From Roseibacillus sp. (GTDB lineage: Bacteria; Verrucomicrobiota; Verrucomicrobiia; Verrucomicrobiales; Akkermansiaceae), in NCBI GenBank assembly GCA_051251855.1, contig JBPOGI010000002.1, forward strand, positions 192,001 through 256,000: 64,000 nt of DNA, written 5' to 3'. Shown here piece after piece: positions 10,325 through 21,510 of the stretch. A program made the translations under genes and the position numbers. The stretch's first letter is position 1, and every line of letters begins with the position of its first letter. The notes under the pieces are model-generated. The model was not told where the DNA came from. It worked only from the letters and a program-made list of their open reading frames with translations, and did no database searches.

Positions 10325-11410
10325 TTAGGTGTTTTCGTTCTCGGCTTCGGCGTCGGCCAGTTTTTCTTCCATCTCGGCCTTTTGGAGGGCGTCGGTGAAT
10401 TCTTGGATTTGTCCCTGCATAATGCCTTCCATGTTGTGGGAGGTGTGGTTGACGCGGTGGTCGGTGACGCGGGACTGAGGAAAATTGTAGGTGCGGATTT
10501 TTTCGGAACGGTCGCCGGAACCAATCTGAGCGCGTCGGGTGGAAGCGTGTTTCTCGGCTTCTTCCTTCACTTTGATTTCGTAAAGTTTGGAGCGCAGAAT
10601 CTCAAGGCCGAGGGCTTTGTTCTGGGTTTGGGAGCGTCCGTCCTGGCACTTCACTTGCAGGCCGGTGGGGAGATAGGTGATCTGAACGGCGGAGTCGGTG
10701 GTATTGACGTGCTGTCCGCCGGAGCCGCCGGAGCGGGTGGCTTGGATATGAAGGTCTTCGGGCTTGAGGACGACATCGACTTCCTGTGCCTCGGGCATTA
10801 CGGCGACGGTGCAGGTGGAGGTGTGAATGCGGCCTTGAGTCTCGGTGGCGGGAACGCGTTGTACGCGGTGGACGCCGGATTCGTATTTGAGGTAGCGAAA
10901 GACTTCTTCGCCAGTGACTTTAATCACGACTTCTTTGAAACCGCCCACGTCGGAAGGGGAGGAGTCGAGGTGCTGGGTCTTCCACCCGCGGCCAGAGGCA
11001 TAGTTTTGGTAAAGGCGGAGAAGTTCGCCTGCAAAGAGGGAGGCTTCGTCGCCACCAGCGCCGGCGCGAATCTCGAGGAGGGCGTTGCGTTCTTCGGAGG
11101 GGTCGCGGGGAAGAAGGGCGTATTGCACTTCGGAGCCGAGGGTCTCGATTTTGGCTTCGAGCTCAGGAATTTCTTCGGCGGCCATCTCGGCGAGTTCGTC
11201 GGTGCCTTTAGCAAGCTCGCGATTATCTTCCAGTTCGGTTTGGAGGCTTTCGAATTCGTCCCACATGCCGAGGACTTTCTTAATCGACTGGTGCTCGCGT
11301 GTGAGGGTGGTAGAGCGCTCTTGGTCGGAGAAAAACTCGGGTTCAGACATTGCGGTTTCGATTTCGTCGAACCGTGCGCGCCGTTTGGCGATGAGAGAGC
11401 CGTAATCCAT
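10325..11410 (-). CDS. prfA: Peptide chain release factor 1
   Basis: GGQ motif, RF1-specific PAT tripeptide (VPATE), ESGVHRVQR. Confidence 0.97.
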   Translation of the reverse strand: MDYGSLIAKRRARFDEIETAMSEPEFFSDQERSTTLTREHQSIKKVLGMWDEFESLQTELEDNRELAKGTDELAEMAAEEIPELEAKIETLGSEVQYALLPRDPSEERNALLEIRAGAGGDEASLFAGELLRLYQNYASGRGWKTQHLDSSPSDVGGFKEVVIKVTGEEVFRYLKYESGVHRVQRVPATETQGRIHTSTCTVAVMPEAQEVDVVLKPEDLHIQATRSGGSGGQHVNTTDSAVQITYLPTGLQVKCQDGRSQTQNKALGLEILRSKLYEIKVKEEAEKHASTRRAQIGSGDRSEKIRTYNFPQSRVTDHRVNHTSHNMEGIMQGQIQEFTDALQKAEMEEKLADAEAENENT

Positions 11411-11576
11411 GATTTGGGGGGAGGTTCTGGCGAAGGGGGGCTTTGGTCAAGGATGCGCTTGGGGAATTGACAGAATACTGTCGCGCGGAACTTGCGGATC
11501 AGAGCATTTCGTAGTTGATTCTCTCTGAGGATCGGGTAAATCCCTCGCCCCGCGATGCGAATCGCCCGTTTTAAAT

Positions 11577-11648
11577 AGCCCTATAGTGTAATTGGTAACA
11601 CACCGGATTTTGATTCCGTATTTCCAGGTTCGAGTCCTGGTAGGGCTA
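11577..11648 (+). tRNA. tRNA-Gln(TTG)
   Basis: Acceptor stem AGCCCTA/TAGGGCT, D arm GTGT/ACAC, anticodon loop TTTTGAT, T arm CCAGG-TTCGAGT-CCTGG; CCA not encoded. Confidence 0.95.
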
Positions 11649-11770
11649 CTCTCTTTTTTCCTCGTTGTTTTTGAGGAGTGATGACTTCAGTCCTCAAATT
11701 TTGTCTCTAGGCCTTGTGGTGAAAGATTGAAGTCGACCCTTCTTTGTAGAAGATGGCGGATTCTTTGAGG

Positions 11771-11854
11771 CCCCGATTTTGTCGGGGGAAGCCGGTTGAA
11801 AACCGGAGCTCCCAGTGACGGACCGTTATTGAGGGACAGGAATGTCCCTGCTCC
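11771..11854. repeat. Cluster of REP-like extragenic palindromes
   Basis: Hairpins CCCCGA/TCGGGG, CCGGTT-GAA-AACCGG and AGGGACA-GGAA-TGTCCCT between convergent tRNA-Gln and TPR genes. Confidence 0.55.
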
Positions 11855-11862
11855 ATAAAGAA

Positions 11863-12192
11863 TTACTTCTGCACTTTGCCGCCGAGGGAAAGGATGCGTG
11901 CGTTGCCTTTGGCGAATTCGGCTTCGGCGATTTGTTGGTCTTGGACATACATCTGCGAGAGGGCGGTCCAGGCGAGAAGGTCGTTGGGTTGCAGATTGGT
12001 GGCTTGAAGTCCACAACCGATGGCTTCTTTGATGTTTCCCAGCTTCATGAGGGTCATGCCGAGGGCGTGCCAGCCGTCGAAGTAGTCTGGGTCTGCAGCG
12101 ACGGCTTCGCGATACTTGGCCTCAGCTTCTTCGAGTTCACCCACGGCAAGGTGGGCGTTGGCTTGGTCGAAGGCTTCGTCGCGGTCGTTCAT
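11863..12192 (-). CDS. Tetratricopeptide repeat protein
   Basis: TPR pattern (AEAKYREAVAADPDYFDGWHALG...). Confidence 0.85.
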   Translation of the reverse strand: MNDRDEAFDQANAHLAVGELEEAEAKYREAVAADPDYFDGWHALGMTLMKLGNIKEAIGCGLQATNLQPNDLLAWTALSQMYVQDQQIAEAEFAKGNARILSLGGKVQK

Positions 12193-12194
12193 CG

Positions 12195-13910
12195 TTACTT
12201 GGCTGTAACGAATTCGACCTCTGCTTTGTCGTACTCGGCGGTGAACCAGTGCTGCACAAGGGCGCCGCGGATGGCTTCCTGCTGAGTTGAGACTGCGCGG
12301 GTGAGTCCGGCTTTGTTTTGGTCGCTTTCAACGAACTCGCGTTCCTTGACGAAGACGAAGAGGGCGCGGTTGCGAAGAGGCATGATGACTTCGGCTTTGG
12401 AGAGCTCACCGGTTTTGGTCTGGGTGGCAAGGCGGAAGACGTCTTGAGGATTGGATTCGCCGGGAAGAGTGGATCTGGCGGTCATGCCGAGGTGCTCGGT
12501 GAGCTTGAGCTTCTGTGCTTCTGCTGCTTCGGCGAGGTCGGTGCCATCGGCGATTGCTTTGGCGACTGCTTCGCGGGCAGCCTCGATAGCCTCTGCAAGT
12601 TGCTCTTCAGCGCGTTCTTGGATGAGGTCGGTTTTCGCATCCTCCTGAGCTTCTTCGAAGGTCATCTCGGTAGGGTCGACGGCTTCGTCGACACGGTAGA
12701 GGAGCCAGTTTTCGTCGCCTACGCCAAGGATTTCGCTGAGGGAGTCCATGACGTTGCCACTTGAGACACTCGCTTTTAGAAGAGTTTGTTCGACGGTTTC
12801 CTGAGTGCCACGAACGGTTCCGCGAATGTCAGCTGGCAGTTCGCTGAGAGGGAGGAGTTCGGTGGTTTTGATTTCGTAGCCAAATTCTTTGGCGAGGGGC
12901 TCGAGGTTGGCATTTTCGGCACCATCTTCGATTTTTTGCTGAAGAACGACCCAGATGTTCTCCTCGATAACGAGTCCGAGTTCGTCAGAGACTTTTTTGC
13001 GCTCTTCAGGGGTAAGGACTGCGGTTTCCTCCTTGGCCTTGTCGTCGGCTGCAATCTGCTCGGGAGTCTTTTCGGCATCTGCAGCTTCTTCAGCGGCGGT
13101 TTTTTCTTGGTTGGGAAGTTCTTCCTTTTTCTTGGCCAGAGCGGCGTCGAAGTCTGGAGCTGCTGTGAAGTAGGTGAGGCGGCGCTTGGGCTCGGTGAGG
13201 TAGCGGCCTTGGTTCTCTTCCCAGTAGGTTTTCACTTCCTCGTCGGTGGGGGCAATTTCTTTTTTGAAGGTTTCGAGGTCCAGAGAAAGAGTGGAGAGCG
13301 TGAATTGCTGGCTGCTGGCGACGAAGCTTTCTTCGGCGGCAGTTTGGTTGGCGAGGACACCTGCGCCGAGGACGTTAGTGAATTCCTTGAAAGCAAGGAG
13401 GTCACCCACGAAGTCGTTGAGGTCGTTGATGGTCATGCTGAGACCCTTGAGCCCCTTGTCGGTGAAGGTTTGATAGGCTTCGTCGTTGAAGATGCCATCT
13501 TGGCCGGTAAAGATATTCTCGCGCTGGTAGAGGTCGATTTCGTCTTTGGAGGGAAAGAGGCCGTATTCCTCTTTGGCGCGCTCGAAGTTGGTGCGGTGAA
13601 CGAGGTAGCGCTTGAGGGCGTCGTCACTGTTTCCACCTTCCAAGGTGCTGAGGAAGCGTGAGATGTCGAGATAGGCGTTGAAGGAGCCGCTTTGTGACGA
13701 CTCTTGCATGATACGTTGTCCGAGGCGGATTTGCTGATCGGCTTTCTGGAGATCCTTGTAGGCGTATGTCTTGTCGTTGGTTTTCACCACGGCGGGGCCG
13801 CTTCCTGGGCCGCTGCCTCCGGTATTACTCTGGAGAAAGACGAGGCCAACGAAGATGAGGACCAAGACCACGATGAAGAGGCCTGTGTATTTTCTGATGT
13901 TTTCGAGCAT
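12195..13910 (-). CDS. SurA N-terminal domain / PpiD-like periplasmic chaperone
   Basis: MLENIRK plus N-terminal TM anchor, PTDEEVKTYWEEN, MTFEEA motifs typical of PpiD. Confidence 0.75.
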   Translation of the reverse strand: MLENIRKYTGLFIVVLVLIFVGLVFLQSNTGGSGPGSGPAVVKTNDKTYAYKDLQKADQQIRLGQRIMQESSQSGSFNAYLDISRFLSTLEGGNSDDALKRYLVHRTNFERAKEEYGLFPSKDEIDLYQRENIFTGQDGIFNDEAYQTFTDKGLKGLSMTINDLNDFVGDLLAFKEFTNVLGAGVLANQTAAEESFVASSQQFTLSTLSLDLETFKKEIAPTDEEVKTYWEENQGRYLTEPKRRLTYFTAAPDFDAALAKKKEELPNQEKTAAEEAADAEKTPEQIAADDKAKEETAVLTPEERKKVSDELGLVIEENIWVVLQQKIEDGAENANLEPLAKEFGYEIKTTELLPLSELPADIRGTVRGTQETVEQTLLKASVSSGNVMDSLSEILGVGDENWLLYRVDEAVDPTEMTFEEAQEDAKTDLIQERAEEQLAEAIEAAREAVAKAIADGTDLAEAAEAQKLKLTEHLGMTARSTLPGESNPQDVFRLATQTKTGELSKAEVIMPLRNRALFVFVKEREFVESDQNKAGLTRAVSTQQEAIRGALVQHWFTAEYDKAEVEFVTAK

Positions 13911-14374
13911 GTTGCGGCGGAATGCTTAGCGGTGAGAGGCGCGGGGTGCAAGGCTGGAAGCGAAGAGATTGAGGGGGAGGTTCTCTAAAAATTTGTTCAG
14001 CGCAGAGTCGCAAAGGGCGCTGAGTTCAGCAGAGGATGGGGGTGGAGATTTCTTCTTGACGCTGCGGTGTGGGGCACTGCAGGAGAAAAGGAGGAGTAGG
14101 GAGTCGGTTAGGGAGCGCTTTTAGATTTCGTAGGAGCGAGGCGAATTCTTGGATCGGGGAAGCTCAGAATGGCGAAATAAGGTCTCTTTTAAATGCGAAT
14201 CGCGGGAGACCGAAGTCCCCCGCGACCGTGAATTCTTCAACTGGCCGCGCGGACTGCTAGTCACGCGGAGCTGAAAAACTACTGTTCACCCTTTGTGAAT
14301 GTCTCGATTAAACGAGCGCATTCAGAAAAGTAGACCTTTGACTCGGGGCTTTGTTCAACGATGATGGCAAAAAG

Positions 14375-16498
14375 ATGATCTATTTTTGCCGAAATCGGGC
14401 CGTTTTCGCTGTGCTGATGGGCCTTACCGCCATTCTTTCTGCGGAGGAAAAAGGGGTGAGGGAGGAGCCTAATCGATTGGCGGATGAGAAATCGCCCTAT
14501 CTTCTTTTGCATGCTCATAATCCGGTAGACTGGTATCCGTGGGGGGAGGAGGCCTTTGCGAAGGCACGTGCGGAGGAGAAGCCGATTTTGCTGAGTGTGG
14601 GGTATTCGACCTGTCACTGGTGCCACGTGATGGAGCGGGAGTCCTTCAGGGATGAGGCGGTGGCGAAGTTTCTCAATGAGAATTTTGTGAGTATCAAGCT
14701 GGACCGTGAGGAGCGGCCGGATGTGGATGCGGTTTATATGAAGTCGTTTCAGGCGCTCATGGGCGAGGGCGGAGGTTGGCCGCTGAATGTGTTTTTGACG
14801 AATGACTTAAAGCTGTTTTTCGGAGGGACCTATTTTCCGCCGGTTTCGAAGCAGGGAAGGCCTTCTTTTATGAAGGTGATTGAGGGGGTGGAGCGTGCTT
14901 GGCGAGAAGACCAAGAGGGGGTTTTAAGGACGGGGAATGAATTGGCGAAGCAGTTGAGTCTGCATTTGGAGGCGAGTCGCGGGAAAGAGGGGGAGTTGAC
15001 GATGGAGGTGGTAGCGAAGGCTGTTTCGGAAGTGGCGGACAAGGTGGATATGGTGAATGGCGGCTGGGGGCGGGGAGAGAAATTTCCGCAGCCAAGTCAC
15101 TTGATGCTTTTATTGACCAGTGAGAATGAGGAGGCGCGAGAGAAGGCTCTTTTGACCTGCCGCAAGATGGCGGAGGGTGGCATCCATGATTTGATTGGAG
15201 GCGGTTTTCATCGCTATGCGACGGATGCGAAGTGGTTGGTGCCTCACTTCGAGAAAATGCTCTATGACCAAGCGCAGTTGTTAGAAGTCTATTGTGAGGC
15301 GTGGCGTCGTAGTCGGGAGCCGTTGTTCCGGGAGGCTGCGCAGGGAATTGCAGACTATGTTTTGGCTGAGATGAGGCATGAGAGTGGAGCGTTCTATAGT
15401 GCACAGGATGCTCAGAGTGAGGGGAAAGAGGGAAAGTATTGGTGCTGGATGGTGGCTGAGTTGAAAGAGTTGTTAGAGCCTAACGAGTTAAAGGTGGTGA
15501 CGCGGGTTTGTGGTTTGAGTGAGAAGGGGAATTTCTATGATTTTTCGGATCCAGAGGCGTTGAAAAATCAGAATGTGTTGTCGATTGTTGATGCGCCAGG
15601 AGGGGACGCGGAGGTGTTTCGAGGGGCAATGGCGAAAATGGCAGAGGTGCGCGCCAAACGGGTGCCGCCGGCCACGGACGACAAAATTTTAGCGGGGTGG
15701 AATGGCCTGATGATTGCGGCAATGGCTGAGGCGGGGATGGTGCTGGAGGAGAAGCGGTATCTTGAGGCCGCTCGCAAGGCATTTGAGGCAGTGGAGGGCT
15801 TTCTATGGGATGGTAAGCGGTTGGCGAATCGTTGGCGGGAGGGAGATGTCGAGGATAGTCAGCAGGCGATCAATTATCTCGCGATGGCGAAGGCGGGGCG
15901 TCTGTTGTATGAAGCGACTTTGGAGGAGAAATTTTTGGAGAAAGGGTTGCGCTTCTTTGATGGGGGTCGTGCTCGATTTTATGATTCGGAGAAGGGCGGC
16001 TTTTTCGACGGTGAAGAGCGCGATGATTTGGTTCTCAGGCTGAAGGATGATTACGATTCGGCGATGCCGACGGCGAGTTCGTTAGGGACGCAGGAGTTGG
16101 TCTTGTTCGCGGAAATCACGGATCGAGAGGATTTGAAGAAGGAGGCAGAGCAGACCTTGGCCTACTTTGGACAAAGCCTGCGGGAGGAGCCTTTCTCGCT
16201 GCCAGGAATGGCGAGGGCTTTGGTTTGGACTATTGAGAAGCCTTCGCGACTGGTGATTGCGGGCGAGGGGGAGGAGCGAGAGGCCTTTCTGAAGGCGGCT
16301 TGGCAGGCGCCAGGGGGAAGTTTGGTGGTGATGAGCAATGCGGGGCCGGTGAGCGAGTTTACAAAGAGTCTCACTTCCGAGGAAGAGGTGCTCGCTTTCT
16401 TGTGTAAGGGAATGAGTTGTCGCGAGCCGACAAACGATCCGAAGAAGATTTCTGCTTGGCTGAACGAGAAAGAAACGGAAGATGGCGGCGATGAGTGA
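14375..16498 (+). CDS. Thioredoxin domain-containing protein (YyaL/SSP411 family)
   Basis: [57 protein letters not shown]. Confidence 0.93.
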   Translation: MIYFCRNRAVFAVLMGLTAILSAEEKGVREEPNRLADEKSPYLLLHAHNPVDWYPWGEEAFAKARAEEKPILLSVGYSTCHWCHVMERESFRDEAVAKFLNENFVSIKLDREERPDVDAVYMKSFQALMGEGGGWPLNVFLTNDLKLFFGGTYFPPVSKQGRPSFMKVIEGVERAWREDQEGVLRTGNELAKQLSLHLEASRGKEGELTMEVVAKAVSEVADKVDMVNGGWGRGEKFPQPSHLMLLLTSENEEAREKALLTCRKMAEGGIHDLIGGGFHRYATDAKWLVPHFEKMLYDQAQLLEVYCEAWRRSREPLFREAAQGIADYVLAEMRHESGAFYSAQDAQSEGKEGKYWCWMVAELKELLEPNELKVVTRVCGLSEKGNFYDFSDPEALKNQNVLSIVDAPGGDAEVFRGAMAKMAEVRAKRVPPATDDKILAGWNGLMIAAMAEAGMVLEEKRYLEAARKAFEAVEGFLWDGKRLANRWREGDVEDSQQAINYLAMAKAGRLLYEATLEEKFLEKGLRFFDGGRARFYDSEKGGFFDGEERDDLVLRLKDDYDSAMPTASSLGTQELVLFAEITDREDLKKEAEQTLAYFGQSLREEPFSLPGMARALVWTIEKPSRLVIAGEGEEREAFLKAAWQAPGGSLVVMSNAGPVSEFTKSLTSEEEVLAFLCKGMSCREPTNDPKKISAWLNEKETEDGGDE

Positions 16499-16904
16499 CC
16501 GGATTTCGATTGCGCAATACGCGATGGCTTTGGCCGAGGTGGCGAGCCTGCGATCGGAGGATCCCTTCCGTAAGGTAGGGGCGGCGGCGCTTGATTTTGA
16601 TAACCGCGTGATTGCGACGGCCTACAATGGCTTGGCTCCTGGATTCGATGCTCCGGTGGGCTTCTGGGATGATCGTGAGAAGCGACAGAAATTTATGCTC
16701 CACGCTGAGATCAACCTCTGCAGCTTGTTCAAGCGAGGAGAGGCCAAGATTGTGGCGACCTCGACGATGCCTTGCACGGCTTGTATGCAAACGCTGTGCG
16801 CGTATGGGATTCGAGAAGTGTATTATCGCGAAGTGTATAAGGAGTCCTATGCTCCGGAGATTGCTGAAATTTACGGGATTACGCTGCAGCAGGTGGTGGG
16901 GTAG
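16491..16904 (+). CDS. dCMP deaminase family protein
   Basis: HAE...PCTAC zinc motif, RSEDP..KVGA, YNG. Confidence 0.88.
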   Translation: MSDRISIAQYAMALAEVASLRSEDPFRKVGAAALDFDNRVIATAYNGLAPGFDAPVGFWDDREKRQKFMLHAEINLCSLFKRGEAKIVATSTMPCTACMQTLCAYGIREVYYREVYKESYAPEIAEIYGITLQQVVG

Positions 16905-16947
16905 GGCGGGTCACTCTTTTAGAGTGCGCAGCATCGCACTCCAGATC

Positions 16948-17703
16948 TTACTTTTCGAAGACCATGAGGTGCTGCCAAGGGAGGTGATGGAAGGTTTCAA
17001 TATGCTTCAAATTCGAGGCGGCCATTTCTTTGATGGCCTGGGCTTCGGTCATTTTGTGCAGCGGTTTGATGGGGACTTTGGGGTCTTCGGCGCGATACTC
17101 TAACAGGAAGAGTCTGCCGCCAGGTCGGAGGGCCGAATGAAGAGAGGCCAGCATTTCGACGGGATGGGAAAACTCGTGGTAAACATCGACCAAGATCGCG
17201 GAATCGATGGTCTGGGGAGGCAGTTCGAGAGAGGTGATTTTACTGAGGTGCGGTTGCACGTTCGCGAAGCCTTCGCCACGGGCGCGATGGCTGAGAAAGT
17301 CGATCATCTCGGGTTGGATATCGATGGCGATGACTCGGCCTTCGGGAACAAGGGGAGCGAGGCGAAAGGTGTAGTAGCCTGACCCTGCTCCGATATCGGC
17401 AATGACATCGGTGGGCTTGATTTCCAGCGCAGCGATGGCGGCGGAGGGGGCTTCTTCGGACTCACGATCGTCGCGTTCGAGCCAGTTGATGGCTTGATGT
17501 CCCATTACGTGGGCGATTTCGCGGCCGAGGTAGAACTTTCCGATGCCGTCGCGTGAGGCTTCGCCGAAGGTGTATGCTTCTGCTAGGACGGGCTTTGGCT
17601 CGGGGCTGATGGTCGGCGGGGAGTCCTTATCCGATAGATTGATATACGCTGCCAGCGCGATCCCTAGAAGTGAGATGATTAAGGGGATGAGTGGTCTTTT
17701 CAT
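16948..17703 (-). CDS. Class I SAM-dependent methyltransferase
   Basis: ADIGAGSGY motif I, VDVYHEF. Confidence 0.88.
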   Translation of the reverse strand: MKRPLIPLIISLLGIALAAYINLSDKDSPPTISPEPKPVLAEAYTFGEASRDGIGKFYLGREIAHVMGHQAINWLERDDRESEEAPSAAIAALEIKPTDVIADIGAGSGYYTFRLAPLVPEGRVIAIDIQPEMIDFLSHRARGEGFANVQPHLSKITSLELPPQTIDSAILVDVYHEFSHPVEMLASLHSALRPGGRLFLLEYRAEDPKVPIKPLHKMTEAQAIKEMAASNLKHIETFHHLPWQHLMVFEK

Positions 17704-17725
17704 CTTTCTAAGAAGGAGATGAGAC

Positions 17726-19465
17726 TTAGGAGTCTTCGTCTAAGAAGGACTTCTTGGAGAGATCTCCGTAGAGCCCATTGAGTTTCAGTAGTTCTTCGTG
17801 GGTCCCTTTTTCGACGACACGTCCTTGGTCTAACACGTAGATACAGTCGGCGTTTTTGATGGTGGAAAGACGATGCGCGATCACGAAGACGGTGCGATTC
17901 TCCATGAGACGGTCAAGGGCGGTCTGGATGAGATGCTCGGTCTCGGTATCGACGCTGGCTGTGGCTTCGTCGAGAAGGAGAATAGGGGGGTCCTTGAGTA
18001 AAGCGCGAGCGATCGAAAGACGTTGTTTTTCACCTCCGGAAAGCTTGACCCCGCGTTCGCCAACATTGGTGTCGAGCTGCTCAGAGAGCGCTTTGACGAA
18101 GGTTTCGCAGCGGGCATTGGTGAGTGCGGCCCAGAGTTGTTCTTCGGTAGCATCGCGGCGGGCGAGGAGAAGGTTTTCTCGCACGGTGCCGTTGAAAAGG
18201 AAGGCCTCTTGGGTGACGTAGCCGATGTTTTCGCGCAGGGAGGACTTGTCGATTTGCGCGAGCTCGTGTCCGTCGATGAGGATGCTGCCTTCGTGGTAGT
18301 TATAGAAGCGGGGGAGTAAATTGACGATGGTCGACTTACCAGCACCAGTGGGGCCGACGAGGGCGACGGTCTGGCCGGGGAGCGCTTCGAGGTTGAGGTC
18401 GGTGAGGGTGGGGGCGTCGGAGTTTTCGCCGTAAGAGAAGGAAAGGCCACGGAACTCGACTTTGGCCGCAAAGTCCTTGGGCAAAGGCTTGGCGTCTTTG
18501 GGGTTGGGCTCGTTCTCCGAATCAAGAATCTCAAAAACTCTGTCAGCGGCAGCACGGGAAGAAAGAAAGAGCTGGTTGAGCTGGCGCAGGTTATTGACGG
18601 GCTCATAGAAGAGCGAGAGGAGAAGGAAGTATTTCACTAGATCTCCCAAACGCATTTCCTCTTCAATGACTGCCTGGCCACCAAAATAGAGAACGAGGGA
18701 GTAGCCCATCATCTGCACGAAGGACATGGAAGGGTTGTAGACGGCCCACCAGCGCATGAGGCGCAACGAGGCCTGGCGCACTTTGCCAGAAAGAGAGTTA
18801 AAGTGGGCGAGTTCGTCCTTTTCTGCAGCGTAAGACTTAATTTGGCGAATACCTGAAATATTGTCGTGGAGCAGGGAATTGAGGTCGGAAGTCGCGTCCC
18901 GCTGGGCTTTGTGGCGGTGGCGAGCGTCTTTGGAGTAGATCCAGGCCCCGAAAATCAGGAGAGGAATGGGAAGGGTGGCCCAAAGCCCGACCTGCCAATT
19001 GGTAAAATACATTACGGCTCCTACGGCAAGAAGCTGAATGGTCGAAACGAGGCCAAGCTCGATTCCATCGATGAGGACGCGCTCCATGGAGGTGACGTCC
19101 TCGGCGACTCGAGTCATAATATCGCCCGTTCGGCGGGTGTCGAACCAGCGCAGGGGAAGGTTCTGAATCTTGCGATAGAGGTCGGAACGAATGTCATAAA
19201 TCACATTCTGCTCGAAGTTGTTGTTCACGAGAATGCGGCCGCAATTGAGGAAGTCTTTTAGGAAGAAGCCGCCTACCCCTAACAGGACCCACTTCAGGAG
19301 TTCATAGTGGCGGGTGGGATCGGAGAGAATTTTATCGGTGACGAAGCCTGCAATGGAGGGGAAAACGATGACCGAAAGAGCCATTACTGAAGCGCAGAAG
19401 AGCTGGGCTGCAGCCAAGCCAGGGTAACGTTTCAGGTAGGAAAAGACGCGCAAGACTGAATTCAT
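17726..19465 (-). CDS. ABC exporter, fused permease/ATPase (MsbA-like)
   Basis: TM domain, Walker A GPTGAGKS, LSGGEKQR, LLDEAT, AHRLST. Confidence 0.95.
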   Translation of the reverse strand: MNSVLRVFSYLKRYPGLAAAQLFCASVMALSVIVFPSIAGFVTDKILSDPTRHYELLKWVLLGVGGFFLKDFLNCGRILVNNNFEQNVIYDIRSDLYRKIQNLPLRWFDTRRTGDIMTRVAEDVTSMERVLIDGIELGLVSTIQLLAVGAVMYFTNWQVGLWATLPIPLLIFGAWIYSKDARHRHKAQRDATSDLNSLLHDNISGIRQIKSYAAEKDELAHFNSLSGKVRQASLRLMRWWAVYNPSMSFVQMMGYSLVLYFGGQAVIEEEMRLGDLVKYFLLLSLFYEPVNNLRQLNQLFLSSRAAADRVFEILDSENEPNPKDAKPLPKDFAAKVEFRGLSFSYGENSDAPTLTDLNLEALPGQTVALVGPTGAGKSTIVNLLPRFYNYHEGSILIDGHELAQIDKSSLRENIGYVTQEAFLFNGTVRENLLLARRDATEEQLWAALTNARCETFVKALSEQLDTNVGERGVKLSGGEKQRLSIARALLKDPPILLLDEATASVDTETEHLIQTALDRLMENRTVFVIAHRLSTIKNADCIYVLDQGRVVEKGTHEELLKLNGLYGDLSKKSFLDEDS

Positions 19466-19615
19466 GAAGAGGCAGCACCTAGGGACAGGAAGTTGCGTTT
19501 GTAAAGACGTGTGCGCTTTGTTGGCATTTTTCTATTGTCGGAGGGGGGGAATTCTCACTACAGTGCACAGATACGGTAGCTTTCATTCTGAGAGCTGGCG
19601 AAACGCACACACGTT

Positions 19616-20386
19616 ATGGCAAACGCTTTTGGAATTATCACAGCATTGGTACTGGCTGCGGCCGCTTTCTTCGGCTTCAAGAACAAGGCCGCTCTCGCGG
19701 ACCAGCGCGATGCTCTCGCATCAGAGGACAGAAAGTTGGAACTTAACAACAAAGTCTTCGACGAGCGTAAGGAGGAATTCAGCGGGCTCGAAGAAGAGAC
19801 GAAGGCAGCAAACGAGAAGACTGCGGAGCTGAAAGAGGAACTCGACGCTCAGCTTGCCAAAAACAAATCTCTCCAATCTGACATCGACGACAAGAAGAGT
19901 GCGGTCGAATCGAAAAAGGCTGAAGTTGAAAGCGGTCAAGAGAAGTTGGCTAAATTTGGCGATTTGGAAGACCTCAAACGCAATCTGGAGCAGATGGGCA
20001 CGGACTTAGCCACTGTGAACGGTGAATTACTGCTTAAGGATACCGAAATTAAGACTCGGGATAGCCTGAATACTTCTCTCAGCACTGAGAATTCGGCTAT
20101 GGAGGATGTTCTTTCTCGATATGCGCGAAAAGAGTCCCTCCCAGGTTTGAATGCAAGCGTTTCCCGAGTGGTGACCGACCTCGGTTTCGTGATTCTCACC
20201 GGTGGTGATAATGCTGGAATCATTCGCGACTCAGTTTTGGAGGTTCAGCGTGGTGGAGCTACGATTGGCAAAGTGAAGGTTACTGGAACCGAGCCTTCCA
20301 CAGCTGCCGCAAGTATCATTCCGGACTCTTTCGAAGATGGAATGAGGGTCCGCGTGGGTGACAAGGTCGTTGCCTCCTCCAACTAA
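19616..20386 (+). CDS. Membrane-anchored coiled-coil protein with C-terminal beta domain
   Basis: N-terminal TM, long heptad region, C-terminal LGFVIL..G...VRVGDKV. Confidence 0.75.
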   Translation: MANAFGIITALVLAAAAFFGFKNKAALADQRDALASEDRKLELNNKVFDERKEEFSGLEEETKAANEKTAELKEELDAQLAKNKSLQSDIDDKKSAVESKKAEVESGQEKLAKFGDLEDLKRNLEQMGTDLATVNGELLLKDTEIKTRDSLNTSLSTENSAMEDVLSRYARKESLPGLNASVSRVVTDLGFVILTGGDNAGIIRDSVLEVQRGGATIGKVKVTGTEPSTAAASIIPDSFEDGMRVRVGDKVVASSN

Positions 20387-20434
20387 TGAGCCCAAATTGC
20401 GAATTTATTTTTCAAGTCACACACAGCACACACC

Positions 20435-21262
20435 ATGATTAAGAACATTTTCTATATCCTCACCATAATTCTTTGCGCCGCGACGGTCTTCTTCGGTTAC
20501 ACCACCAAGGGTAAGCTAGAGGCAGAGACGGCGACAACCATTGAACGCTTTGACGATAATAAGGTCGTTGCCGATAATATTGAGGACAAAGATGGCGAAA
20601 TCAAAGTTGCCAAGGAGGAAAGAAAGACAGCCGTCGATGGCCGCAACGAAACTAGTGCCAGCCTAGAGAACGAAAGTTCCAAGGAAAACGGTCTCATCAA
20701 GCAGCAGGGTGAGTTGGAGGGCGAAATCGAAGGATACGATGCCGACCTCGAGCAAATCGAAGGAGCTATTGCAACTGCGGAAGCGATTATTCGCGAAATG
20801 GTTCCGGAAGCAGGAGCCAACATGGGAGTTGACGCTGTTGTTGGACATATCGAGGACTTGGAAAACGAGCTTAAGGAAAAAGATTCTGAGCTTGAGGAGA
20901 AGACCGAAATTGCTACGAAGCTCGGTCAGGCCGTCACTTCTGCCGCTTCTCGTAAGGAGAACCTCCAAGGCCGTTTGGCCAAAGTGAAGCAGCGTATCGC
21001 ATTGAACAGAGTGACTGCAACGGTCACTGGTGTTTCCAATGAATATGGTTTTGCGATTATCAGCCGTGGAGCGAACAACTCAAATATCGATGAGCGCAGT
21101 GAGCTAATTGTGAGCCGCAATGGTTCTTTGGTTGCTCGTTTGAAGGTGGCTCAAGTGGAGCCGACCCAGACGATCTGTGATGTTGTTCCATCGAGTCTAA
21201 AGAAAGGTCAGCGGATTCGCAATGGAGACCGCGTGACAATCGAAGTTCCTGCTTCTAACTAA
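20435..21262 (+). CDS. Membrane-anchored coiled-coil protein, paralog of the upstream gene
   Basis: Same architecture: TM, coiled coil, YGFAII..G...IRNGDRV. Confidence 0.75.
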   Translation: MIKNIFYILTIILCAATVFFGYTTKGKLEAETATTIERFDDNKVVADNIEDKDGEIKVAKEERKTAVDGRNETSASLENESSKENGLIKQQGELEGEIEGYDADLEQIEGAIATAEAIIREMVPEAGANMGVDAVVGHIEDLENELKEKDSELEEKTEIATKLGQAVTSAASRKENLQGRLAKVKQRIALNRVTATVTGVSNEYGFAIISRGANNSNIDERSELIVSRNGSLVARLKVAQVEPTQTICDVVPSSLKKGQRIRNGDRVTIEVPASN

Positions 21263-21292
21263 GAGGGCGTTCGAACAATTGAATTTTTGAAA

Positions 21293-21320
21293 GCGGTGGA
21301 GGTGACTCCACCGTTTTTTT
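21293..21320 (+). terminator. Intrinsic terminator
   Basis: GCGGTGGAG-GTGA-CTCCACCGT followed by a T tract. Confidence 0.85.
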
Positions 21321-21510
21321 ATTGGTGATAGGGGTGAGCGAAGAGGTTTGAATTCGAGGGGCAATCGCGAATGTTGCGAACTCATTTTTTAGTAGGAAGA
21401 TGACTCTTTAAGGAGAATGAGCTTGCCGCTGAGAATAGGAATCCGAGACTATTCCATCCCGTCTGACTCTTTCTTGTCTGAGAGTAGGTGATGGAAAATC
21501 CATTCTCTTC

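Noticed and set aside
9932..11470. Long antisense ORFs (e.g. 9932..11470+, 12786..13661+, 34111..34980+)
   Set aside because: Shadows of well-supported genes on the opposite strand in GC-rich DNA
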